The notes under the pieces were generated by a model. That model saw nothing but the letters and a program-made list of their open reading frames with translations, was not told the origin of the DNA and did no database searches. This document shows positions 16,474-24,121 of a stretch of DNA of 46,817 bases, piece after piece. The DNA is taken from the NCBI GenBank assembly GCA_016208855.1, contig JACQXF010000079.1, forward strand, positions 1-46,817. Direction: 5' to 3'. The translations under genes were made by a program, and so were the position numbers. Position 1 is the stretch's first letter. Each line of letters opens with the position of its first letter. The stretch comes from Nitrospirota bacterium (GTDB taxonomy: Bacteria; Nitrospirota; Thermodesulfovibrionia; UBA6902; DSMQ01).

Positions 16474-18406
16474 AAGAAAAACCATTTCAAGCTTAGCTGA
16501 TTTGGAAAAGATTGTGGATAAGACAAAACTCAAACCTGCTGCAACGGTGCAGGAACCTTCAGCAACACAGAGTACACAAAAAAAAATGACGCAGGCAGAA
16601 TATGATACCTTGCTTGCTAATGAAACTGAAGTAAATCCTCCTCATAACCCGAATCCCTTTGACTTTGTATTTTTTACAGAGGCGGGGCCAAAGACTTATT
16701 CGTTGGATGACCTTAATAAAAAATATGGCGGCTTGCAGAGCGGCTATATAGAGGTTAAGCTGACGGCGAAAACGCCAGTGCATATTGTAGGCAGACAGGA
16801 TCCTGTAAATAATAGGGCAGGCAAAAAAATACTCAAAAGCCACTTTTACATGCAGGACGATCAACCTTGTATCCCCGGATCAAGCATAAGGGGAATGCTC
16901 AGGTCTTTTATAGAGGCAGTAACCAACGGCTGGGTCTCGCAGGCAAAAGACACTATATATGGGAAGGAACCTGTTAGAGATAAAAACACTCGGCATATAG
17001 AGTTTTCCTCGTGGGATAAGGAACCTCATAACCATAAATGTCTAAATAGCCCCACAGGAGTGAATCATACAGCATCACCTGCAATTCCTATTGCATTCGA
17101 ACCATTACTGACTGGTGATAGGATGGATATTGCAACTTATCTTTTTGGGTATCTAGATAGCTCTAAAGATAAAGAAAAGACTTCAGCACGGGCAGGAAAG
17201 GTAATTATAGAAGATGCCTATTTTGAGAGTAGTTATTTAAATGATTATAAAATGGTCGATATTGAAGGAGATGCCATCATGGGCGGTCCAAGGCCGAGGG
17301 CAAACTGGTGGTATATGAGACCTCAAGAGGTGTGGGACAGGTCAATAAGGAGACCTAATGGAACGCATCTTACAAATGTTGCTCATATTGTTGGAGATAA
17401 ATTCTGGGGCAGAAAATTCTATTATCATCAGGAACCGCAAAAATGTATTGAATTTTATATGGATTATCAAAAATGGTGGCCTGAACTTGATCTTTCCAGA
17501 TTTTCAGAAGACCAGTTTCAACATCCAGTTACCGTAGAGGCTTTATATTTAGCTATCAGATCCAATAAGGTCAAGTTAATCAACGGCAATTATTTGAATG
17601 CACTTAATTCTTTATTGAATCGGGAATCATTATATACCGAGATGGCAAACGATATTATAAATCTGCCACATCGAGGCAGGCTGAATAAATTAAAAAAAAG
17701 CTATGATAAATCTATCCACGATAATAGGACTTCTAGTACAATAATGGCCAATTTAATTAAACTTAACAGGTGCTTGCTCGAATTAGCTTTCCCTGCCCAA
17801 TGCCCGAAAGCTACATATTGGTATTATATATCTTGTCTTAAAGCAGAACAACCGGTCTCTTTCCGTATCTATTTCGACCGAGTTCCGGCACAGCTTATTC
17901 AACTCATCTGCACTTGCCTATGTATGCCGACTGAAAGCAAAATGAGACACAAATTGGGTTACGGCAAGGCATTCGGCTATGGCTCTGTAGAGTTCTCTAT
18001 AAATTCAGCGATGCTCCGCGCTGAAAAAACTGGAGAATGGCCTGACTCGCTTAGTATTACAGGCAAGGATGCCTTAATAAACGCATGGTCAGATAATGAG
18101 ATTAAGCCATTTATTGATAATCCGTCATTAGAAAAATTTGCAAGAATACTCACATGGGATGTCAATGATAATAGCAGCATCATCTTCACCTATCCGCCGT
18201 ATAGCAGGCAAAATTTTCAACAAGTGATACAAAAAAATGAGTTTTGCACTGCAACATTGCCTCTTGCAAGTCCCAAAAATACTGTGGACGACACTAAGGC
18301 GATCGATGTTGCAAAGGCATTATGGGATAAGAAAAAGCCAATCCACTTTCTACTGTATCAAGCAAGGGCAAAGGGATACGATAAAATTAAAATAAGGAAG
18401 CCATAA
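16463..18406 (+). CDS. Cas7-group RAMP with large insertion (terminal type III-D Cas7)
   Basis: NPFDFV, SGYIEVKLTAKTPVHI, IPGSSIRGMLRS, GRKFYYH, HKLGYGKAFGYGS. Confidence 0.8.
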   Translation: MSSKRKTISSLADLEKIVDKTKLKPAATVQEPSATQSTQKKMTQAEYDTLLANETEVNPPHNPNPFDFVFFTEAGPKTYSLDDLNKKYGGLQSGYIEVKLTAKTPVHIVGRQDPVNNRAGKKILKSHFYMQDDQPCIPGSSIRGMLRSFIEAVTNGWVSQAKDTIYGKEPVRDKNTRHIEFSSWDKEPHNHKCLNSPTGVNHTASPAIPIAFEPLLTGDRMDIATYLFGYLDSSKDKEKTSARAGKVIIEDAYFESSYLNDYKMVDIEGDAIMGGPRPRANWWYMRPQEVWDRSIRRPNGTHLTNVAHIVGDKFWGRKFYYHQEPQKCIEFYMDYQKWWPELDLSRFSEDQFQHPVTVEALYLAIRSNKVKLINGNYLNALNSLLNRESLYTEMANDIINLPHRGRLNKLKKSYDKSIHDNRTSSTIMANLIKLNRCLLELAFPAQCPKATYWYYISCLKAEQPVSFRIYFDRVPAQLIQLICTCLCMPTESKMRHKLGYGKAFGYGSVEFSINSAMLRAEKTGEWPDSLSITGKDALINAWSDNEIKPFIDNPSLEKFARILTWDVNDNSSIIFTYPPYSRQNFQQVIQKNEFCTATLPLASPKNTVDDTKAIDVAKALWDKKKPIHFLLYQARAKGYDKIKIRKP

Positions 18407-18437
18407 TAACAGGAAATGCTGCATTGGAAATATCGGG

Positions 18438-18542
18438 CTTTATCTCAAAATCGCCCATGCATTGCATGGCAAGGCAAAAAACTTGATTTATCGTTCACCC
18501 ATAACGGGAGATGTGGTTATCTTTGACCACAGCCCGGATTAG
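18438..18542 (+). pseudogene. C-terminal remnant of a small Csx3-like CRISPR-associated gene
   Basis: Startless frame LYLKIAHALHGKAKNLIYRSPITGDVVIFDHSPD*, resembling the (W)LY..AH..H...Y..P..G.VV..H end of Csx3-like proteins (recalled, not searched). Confidence 0.5.
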
Positions 18543-18550
18543 GCTATAAT
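18523..18550 (+). promoter_or_regulatory. Putative sigma70 promoter for the MNT-HEPN pair
   Basis: TTGACC-N16-TATAAT, 60 bp upstream of ATG 18611. Confidence 0.55.
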
Positions 18551-18610
18551 AAATTATGAGTTAGAGGAACAGGAAATATTGTAGTGTAATAATACAATGG
18601 ACAGCAGGAT

Positions 18611-18958
18611 ATGGATATAAAGGTGACAGATAAGATAATAGAGGACTTTCTGAGGATAATTGCGCCATTGCAGGAAGATATTGAGCAGATGTATCTCTTC
18701 GGCTCACGATGCCGTGAGAACTGGCGTCCGGATTCGGATTATGATATTTTAGTTGTCCTCAAGGACAAAAACAGAACCCTTGTGAATAAGCTCTATGACG
18801 CAGTGATGGATATATTGCTTAGCGAGGGCAGACTTATATCGCTTAAGATATTTACAAATTCGGAATTCAATCGTCTGAAGTCAATCCAGACGCCGTTCAT
18901 GAAAAATATTTTAAAGGAGGGGATAAAGATTGGACCCTGTAACGAAGTCTCTCATTGA
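18611..18958 (+). CDS. Minimal nucleotidyltransferase (MNT)
   Basis: YLFGSRCR...DSDYDILVV. Confidence 0.85.
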   Translation: MDIKVTDKIIEDFLRIIAPLQEDIEQMYLFGSRCRENWRPDSDYDILVVLKDKNRTLVNKLYDAVMDILLSEGRLISLKIFTNSEFNRLKSIQTPFMKNILKEGIKIGPCNEVSH

Positions 18959-19328
18959 TGGATATATGCAGAAGGCTCAAAATAAATTGGAAGTGGCTGA
19001 ACGGCTTTTCAAATCAGGAGATTATGAGGATGCGGTTTCAAGGGCTTATTATGCAGTCTTCCATGCAACTCAGGCTCTGCTTTTAACTGAAGGACAACAT
19101 GCAGAAACCCATAAAGGCATTGTTTCGCTCTTCGGACTCCTCTTTGTGAAGACAGGAAAATTTGACAGAAACCTTGGGAAATATCTTGCAAATCTAAAGG
19201 ATGACAGAGAAAGCGGTGATTATGAAGTCTTTTCGTATATTGATAAAGAAACTGCTGAGACAGCCTTACATGAGGCAAAGGAATTTTTAAAAGAAGCAAA
19301 AATCTATCTGGACAAGTTAGGGGGATAA
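18930..19328 (+). CDS. HEPN domain protein
   Basis: AVSRAYYAVFHA...TH.G...RESGDY. Overlaps the MNT gene. Confidence 0.85.
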   Translation: MDPVTKSLIDGYMQKAQNKLEVAERLFKSGDYEDAVSRAYYAVFHATQALLLTEGQHAETHKGIVSLFGLLFVKTGKFDRNLGKYLANLKDDRESGDYEVFSYIDKETAETALHEAKEFLKEAKIYLDKLGG

Positions 19329-19391
19329 GTAGCGATCTTTGACCACATCCCTTATTATTAAGGATCTCATAATTATGACAACATTGATTAT

Positions 19392-19440
19392 AAAATCCCT
19401 CCTGACCTCCCTTTGCTAAAGGGAGGTCAGGGGAGATTTT
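19392..19440. repeat. REP-like palindrome (23-bp arms, 2 mismatches, 3-nt loop)
   Basis: AAAATCCCTCCTGACCTCCCTTT-GCT-AAAGGGAGGTCAGGGGAGATTTT. Confidence 0.75.
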
Positions 19441-19483
19441 CTGATTATAAAGGTAAATTCAGTTGTGAGACCCTTTTAAAACT

Positions 19484-20419
19484 ATGCACTATCAATCTGA
19501 TATTAATTCAAAAGAAGATTACCTAAAGCAATTCCTTACAGGGTTCAGTATCCTGAATATTGAATTTATTTTGACTCCGCGCAGTAAAATAAATTTCGGC
19601 ATTGATGAGATGAAGGGGGACAGGTGGAGGGGCGCACTTGGAAGGGCATTGAAAAAGCAGGCATGTGAGAAGAGTATTAATGATAACTGCATCCATTGCG
19701 GGCTGAACAAAGGCTGTTTCTTCTTTCAATGCTTTGAGGCAGACATAACTCACCCGTATGTTATACGCCCTGAGCTTGATTCAAAAAAGGTTTACGAAGT
19801 AGATGACGAAATACGCCTGAGTTTAATCCTCATAGGTGAAACTATACAGCACACATATAACGTATATAGGTTTGTTAACGCCATAGAGTACATCGGTAGA
19901 GGCGGAATAGGGCAAGGAAGGGGAAAATTCAATATTAAGGATTTGGTTGCAAAGCCATCCTTTGACTTTACAGAAATATTAAACAGCAAAGTGAATCATG
20001 CAGAAGGTTTAATAATAGAATTACTTACCCCTCTGAAAATAAAAGAGACTGGAAAGGGAATCCACTATTCAAATCTTTCCTTTGAGACGTTTTTCAAACT
20101 CCTGTTAAAAAGGATTATTAATCTGAATAATATTTACTGCGGGGGATTGGAACTTGATAGAAAGACAATAAAGATGGAAAGCAATCAACTTCAATTACTT
20201 GCTAAATCTATAAAGACCGAATCATATACCGGATGGAAAGACTATCAGCGGTTTTCCTCAAGGCAGAACATATCAATGAAGATCGGAGGATTAATAGGGC
20301 TTATTAAATTATCAGGGGACTTAAGTCCTTTTTATCCGTATCTCAAGATAGGTGAGGTTATAGGGGTCGGGCAAAATACAACAAGCGGGTTCGGAAGATA
20401 TAAAATAATGCCTATGTGA
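19484..20419 (+). CDS. cas6: Cas6 crRNA-processing endoribonuclease
   Basis: RGALG, CxxC cluster, YQRFSSRQ, C-terminal G-loop GVGQNTTSGFGRY. Confidence 0.9.
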   Translation: MHYQSDINSKEDYLKQFLTGFSILNIEFILTPRSKINFGIDEMKGDRWRGALGRALKKQACEKSINDNCIHCGLNKGCFFFQCFEADITHPYVIRPELDSKKVYEVDDEIRLSLILIGETIQHTYNVYRFVNAIEYIGRGGIGQGRGKFNIKDLVAKPSFDFTEILNSKVNHAEGLIIELLTPLKIKETGKGIHYSNLSFETFFKLLLKRIINLNNIYCGGLELDRKTIKMESNQLQLLAKSIKTESYTGWKDYQRFSSRQNISMKIGGLIGLIKLSGDLSPFYPYLKIGEVIGVGQNTTSGFGRYKIMPM

Positions 20420-22564
20420 GTGGATATGGGTCTCTTTGAAGAAATATGTTCTTTTAATACTCTCCTCTTGGCCTTTGACAGGGTTGAAGAAAACGGGGGC
20501 TCTCCCGGAATTGATAATGTAACCATTGAGGAATTCTCCATTGATCTTAAAACCCGACTTCTTGAATTAAGGAAACAACTGCTTGATGGAACATACTCTT
20601 CGTCTCCATTGCGCAAAGTGGGCATTCAAAAACCTGATGGTAAAATCAGATGGCTTTCTATCCCAACGGTTAAAGACAGAACCATACAGACATCAGCCGC
20701 AATGATCCTTTCCCCGATTCTTGATGCCGAGTTTGAAGAATGCAGTTTTGCTTACAGAAAAAACAAGTCTGTACAGAAGGCGGTGCACAAGGTTATTGAC
20801 CTCAGAGATAAAGGCTATACATGGGTAGTTGACGCCGATATTCGTTCATTCTTTGATGAAATCAATCACGCCCTCCTCATAGAAGAAATCAGGAAATATA
20901 TAAAAGAAGACAGGGTTATAGAGTTGATAAAAAAGTGGCTTGATGCAGATGTTGTTTATAAAGGCGAAAAAACAAGGTTAACAAAAGGCCTACCGCAGGG
21001 TTCTCCGATATCCCCTCTGCTTTCCAACCTTTACCTCGACTCTTTTGATGAGGCATTGATGGAGGAAAAATTCAGGCATGTCCGTTTTGCCGATGATTTT
21101 GTAATACTCTGCAAGGACAAACCTGATGCAGAGGATGCGCTCGAACTTACAGAGGATGTGCTCAAAAAGCTAAAACTGCAACTGAACGCGGAAGAGACGC
21201 GTATTGTTCATTTCAATCAGGGCTTCAGATACCTCGGCATGGACTTTTTAAGGTCTATGGTATATCGTCCTATTTATGAAGATAAATCAGATTCAGAACA
21301 GGAAACAGCCCTCAATGACGTCTCAAATGACAAGGAAAGATTGCGCAGAACAAAGCCTGAAATAACCTCTAAACCTGCTGATACCGTCCGGAAGAAAAAG
21401 CGCCATATGAATAATGCTGAACAAACAACATCCGAATTGCCTGATACCGTTATGGCAATGGCATTAAAAAAAGCGATGGAAGGAGCCGAAAGAGAGGATT
21501 TTGATTTTCTCCTTGAAGAAAAGATTGAGATAGAACCTACGGCGTATAGTGATCCCTTTTTACGAACACTTTATCTCCTTGAGCAGGGTGCGGTTTTGAG
21601 GAAAGAAGATGAAAGATTTGTAATCACGAAGGATGACAGAGCAATAAAAGAAATCCCGCTTATAAAGGTTGACCAGATACTCATATTCGGCAATATTCAG
21701 ATTACAACCCAGGCAATGAAATTTTGCCTGGAAGAAGACGTCCCGATTATTCTCCTGTCAAGCAGCGGGAAATATTTCGGCACAGTAGAGTCTTTTAAGA
21801 GCGTAACAATTGCCCTGCATAAAAAACAGTTTGAAAGGAATGACGACAGAAAATTTGCCTTGAATATTGGCAGGACTATAGTAAGAGCAAAAATCAATAA
21901 CTCAAAGGTCCTGATCCAGCGATATGCAAGGAAGAGAAAAAGTCTCAATCTTGAATCAGAGATCCATGCTATCAATCTCTTGGTTGACAGGCTGCCTTCT
22001 ATAAGCAACCACGAAGAATTAATGGGGATTGAAGGCGCTGCCTCTTCAAGATATTTTTCAGCGTTCAGGGCTTTAATTGGCGAGGAATGGGATTTTACGA
22101 AGAGGAAGAAAAACCCGCCTCCCGATCCGGTTAACAGCCTGCTGAGTTATGGATATACACTCCTTTTTTACAACGTCTATGCGATGATAAGAATGCACGG
22201 ACTTCATCCTTATGTAGGCTTGCTGCATAGCATAAGGGAAGGACATCCAGCCCTCGTTTCCGACATGATGGAAGAGTTCAGGGCGCCTATTGTGGATGCG
22301 GTCGTTATAAATCTGATTACAAGGCGGAGTCTTAAAAAAGAGGATTTTATAATTCCGGAGGATGAACGTTCCTTATGCCTTTTAAGAGATAACACGAGAA
22401 AGATATTTATAAAGGCCTTTGAAGGGAAGATGAACAGTTCTATAGCTCATGAAGCAACAGGGTATCAAGTGGATTACAGAAGGTGCATAGACCTGCAGGT
22501 GCAGGCCATGAGAAAGGTAATTGATGGGAAACTGTCGGAATATAAGCCTATGATGATTAAATAA
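20420..22564 (+). CDS. cas1: Reverse transcriptase-Cas1 fusion
   Basis: RT motifs PGID, IPTVKDR, DIRSFFD, GLPQGSPISPLLSNLYL, RFADD. Charged linker. Cas1 motifs GIEG...YF, DPVNSLLSYGY, GLLH, SDMMEEFR. GTG start at 20420 or ATG at 20426. Confidence 0.92.
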   Translation: MDMGLFEEICSFNTLLLAFDRVEENGGSPGIDNVTIEEFSIDLKTRLLELRKQLLDGTYSSSPLRKVGIQKPDGKIRWLSIPTVKDRTIQTSAAMILSPILDAEFEECSFAYRKNKSVQKAVHKVIDLRDKGYTWVVDADIRSFFDEINHALLIEEIRKYIKEDRVIELIKKWLDADVVYKGEKTRLTKGLPQGSPISPLLSNLYLDSFDEALMEEKFRHVRFADDFVILCKDKPDAEDALELTEDVLKKLKLQLNAEETRIVHFNQGFRYLGMDFLRSMVYRPIYEDKSDSEQETALNDVSNDKERLRRTKPEITSKPADTVRKKKRHMNNAEQTTSELPDTVMAMALKKAMEGAEREDFDFLLEEKIEIEPTAYSDPFLRTLYLLEQGAVLRKEDERFVITKDDRAIKEIPLIKVDQILIFGNIQITTQAMKFCLEEDVPIILLSSSGKYFGTVESFKSVTIALHKKQFERNDDRKFALNIGRTIVRAKINNSKVLIQRYARKRKSLNLESEIHAINLLVDRLPSISNHEELMGIEGAASSRYFSAFRALIGEEWDFTKRKKNPPPDPVNSLLSYGYTLLFYNVYAMIRMHGLHPYVGLLHSIREGHPALVSDMMEEFRAPIVDAVVINLITRRSLKKEDFIIPEDERSLCLLRDNTRKIFIKAFEGKMNSSIAHEATGYQVDYRRCIDLQVQAMRKVIDGKLSEYKPMMIK

Positions 22565-22566
22565 GA

Positions 22567-22842
22567 ATGTTCTATATGGTAAGTTATGACATAACAGATA
22601 ACAAATCCCGCCGCAGGGTTCAGAAAATCCTTGAGGGGTTTGGTGAAAGGGTTCAGTATAGTGTATTTGAATGCACTATTTCTGAGTCACAGTATAGAAG
22701 TCTTACAGAAAAGATTGCATCAACAATTGATAAGGAATCCGATAGCGTAAGATACTACAGGATGTGCAACGGTTGCCGTAAGAATATTGAATTCTTTGGA
22801 GAAGGACAGATAATGGAAGACGATTATTTCTTTATGGTATAA
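22567..22842 (+). CDS. cas2: Cas2 (copy 1)
   Basis: VSYDITD...RVQYSVFEC...DSVRYY. Confidence 0.92.
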   Translation: MFYMVSYDITDNKSRRRVQKILEGFGERVQYSVFECTISESQYRSLTEKIASTIDKESDSVRYYRMCNGCRKNIEFFGEGQIMEDDYFFMV

Positions 22843-22844
22843 GT

Positions 22845-23120
22845 ATGCTTGTTGTTGTAAGTTACGATATAACAGATAATAAAAGAAGGAGCAGTGTTTC
22901 TAATGAACTGAAGAATTTCGGAACGAGGGTCCAGAAAAGCATTTTTGAATGTCACTTAAATGAGAGACAGTTAAAAGAGTTAAAAAGCAGGCTTGACACA
23001 TTGATTGATCTCTTAGAAGATCATGTGCGGTTTTACTATCTCTGCAAGAAAGATATAGATAATATTGAGGTTGAAGGCAGAAAAATGGCATACAAGGATG
23101 ATGACTATTTCATGATATGA
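22845..23120 (+). CDS. cas2: Cas2 (copy 2)
   Basis: VSYDITD...RVQKSIFEC...DHVRFY. Confidence 0.92.
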   Translation: MLVVVSYDITDNKRRSSVSNELKNFGTRVQKSIFECHLNERQLKELKSRLDTLIDLLEDHVRFYYLCKKDIDNIEVEGRKMAYKDDDYFMI

Positions 23121-23199
23121 CTTAAAATCACCGTCTGAGGCATTCCCATTGAATAACTAACTTATGATATACTGATAAAAAAGATTGAAGGAGGATCTT

Positions 23200-23442
23200 A
23201 TGGTAAAAGCCATAGCAGCGATTTATGAAAATGGGGTCTTGAAGCCTGAGAAAAAACTCTCCATTCCAGAGCACAGCAGGTTAAAATTAAAAATTGAATG
23301 GCAGCCGCCTGTTCTTTCTGATACAGAAAAACTTGCCGGCTGTTTTAAAAAGTATGCTTTAAAGAAAGCAATGTCTCTGAATAAGTCTATTGATACAGCG
23401 GTAAAAATAGTTGCCCATGAAATTGCCCAAAAAAATAATTGA
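23200..23442 (+). CDS. AF2212/DUF104-like antitoxin
   Basis: AIYENGVLKP motif, GGAGG RBS, upstream of a PIN gene. Confidence 0.75.
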   Translation: MVKAIAAIYENGVLKPEKKLSIPEHSRLKLKIEWQPPVLSDTEKLAGCFKKYALKKAMSLNKSIDTAVKIVAHEIAQKNN

Positions 23443-23830
23443 TGCCAATGTCATTCTGAGGTTTTTCCTTGCTGATGTCGAGAGTCAGTTTCTACAAGCA
23501 AAGTCTTTTTTGCAGTTGATTGAACTCGGCGAAGAAGATGTGCTAATGACAGAGGTAATATTTGCAGAAGTTGTTTGGGTATTAAGCAAAGTTTACAATA
23601 TCCCGCGTACAGAAATAACAGAAAAGTTTAGCAGTCTTATAAATTACGAGGGGATAAAGACGATTCTAAATAAGGACATATTCTTAGAAAGCTTACGACT
23701 GTATGCTATGCATTCTATGGATATTCAAGATATTTTTCTGGCAGTTCTTTCAAAGTCTAAAGACCTCTCTATTGTGACATTTGACAAAAAAGACTTTAAA
23801 AAGCTCGGTTGTAGTTTCAATGAACCCTGA
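23417..23830 (+). CDS. PIN-domain (VapC-like) toxin
   Basis: IIDANVILRF, E-VVWVL, D-x-x-D, TFDK. Confidence 0.85.
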   Translation: MKLPKKIIDANVILRFFLADVESQFLQAKSFLQLIELGEEDVLMTEVIFAEVVWVLSKVYNIPRTEITEKFSSLINYEGIKTILNKDIFLESLRLYAMHSMDIQDIFLAVLSKSKDLSIVTFDKKDFKKLGCSFNEP

Positions 23831-23834
23831 GCAT

Positions 23835-23895
23835 GGAAAAGGACAGATTATGTATGATGACTATTTTATAATATGACTTAAAATTACCGTCTGAG
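23835..23895 (+). repeat. Duplicated cas2 3' end plus downstream sequence
   Basis: 23854-23895 matches 23098-23139 at 39/42. 23835-23852 matches 22798-22815 at 16/18. Confidence 0.8.
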
Positions 23896-24121
23896 ATGGA
23901 AGGACTTAAAGGGAACATTTAGCAACCAACTATAACTAATGGTAAATTAAACAGATTTCTGCTAAATTTATATTAAGCCTCAGGCGGCGCTTGAAAATAT
24001 TGAATAATACTTGCTCTTTGACAACTATTTGTGGTAAAAACGGTTATATATTTATACAAAAATGCTTTCAGGCTGGAAATGGCGAATCCAGCCTTGATAG
24101 TAATAGGTTCCCGGAGGTGAG
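23896..24121 (+). promoter_or_regulatory. Putative CRISPR leader
   Basis: AT-rich non-coding stretch before repeat 1, with an 8-bp inverted repeat AGGCTGGA/TCCAGCCT at 24070-24094. Confidence 0.6.

Noticed and set aside
11518-18406. Type III-E (Cas7-11) or intact type III-B assignment
   Set aside because: Cas10 is present and the RAMPs are separate genes. Only a cmr1 stub remains, with no cmr3-6.
20420-21300. Group II intron, retron or DGR interpretation of the RT
   Set aside because: The RT is fused to Cas1 and flanked by cas6 and cas2. I saw no intron RNA ends, msr/msd or template/variable repeat pair.
24018-24052. TTGACA in the leader as the array -35 box
   Set aside because: No good -10 hexamer at 16-18 bp spacing, so the promoter position cannot be called.
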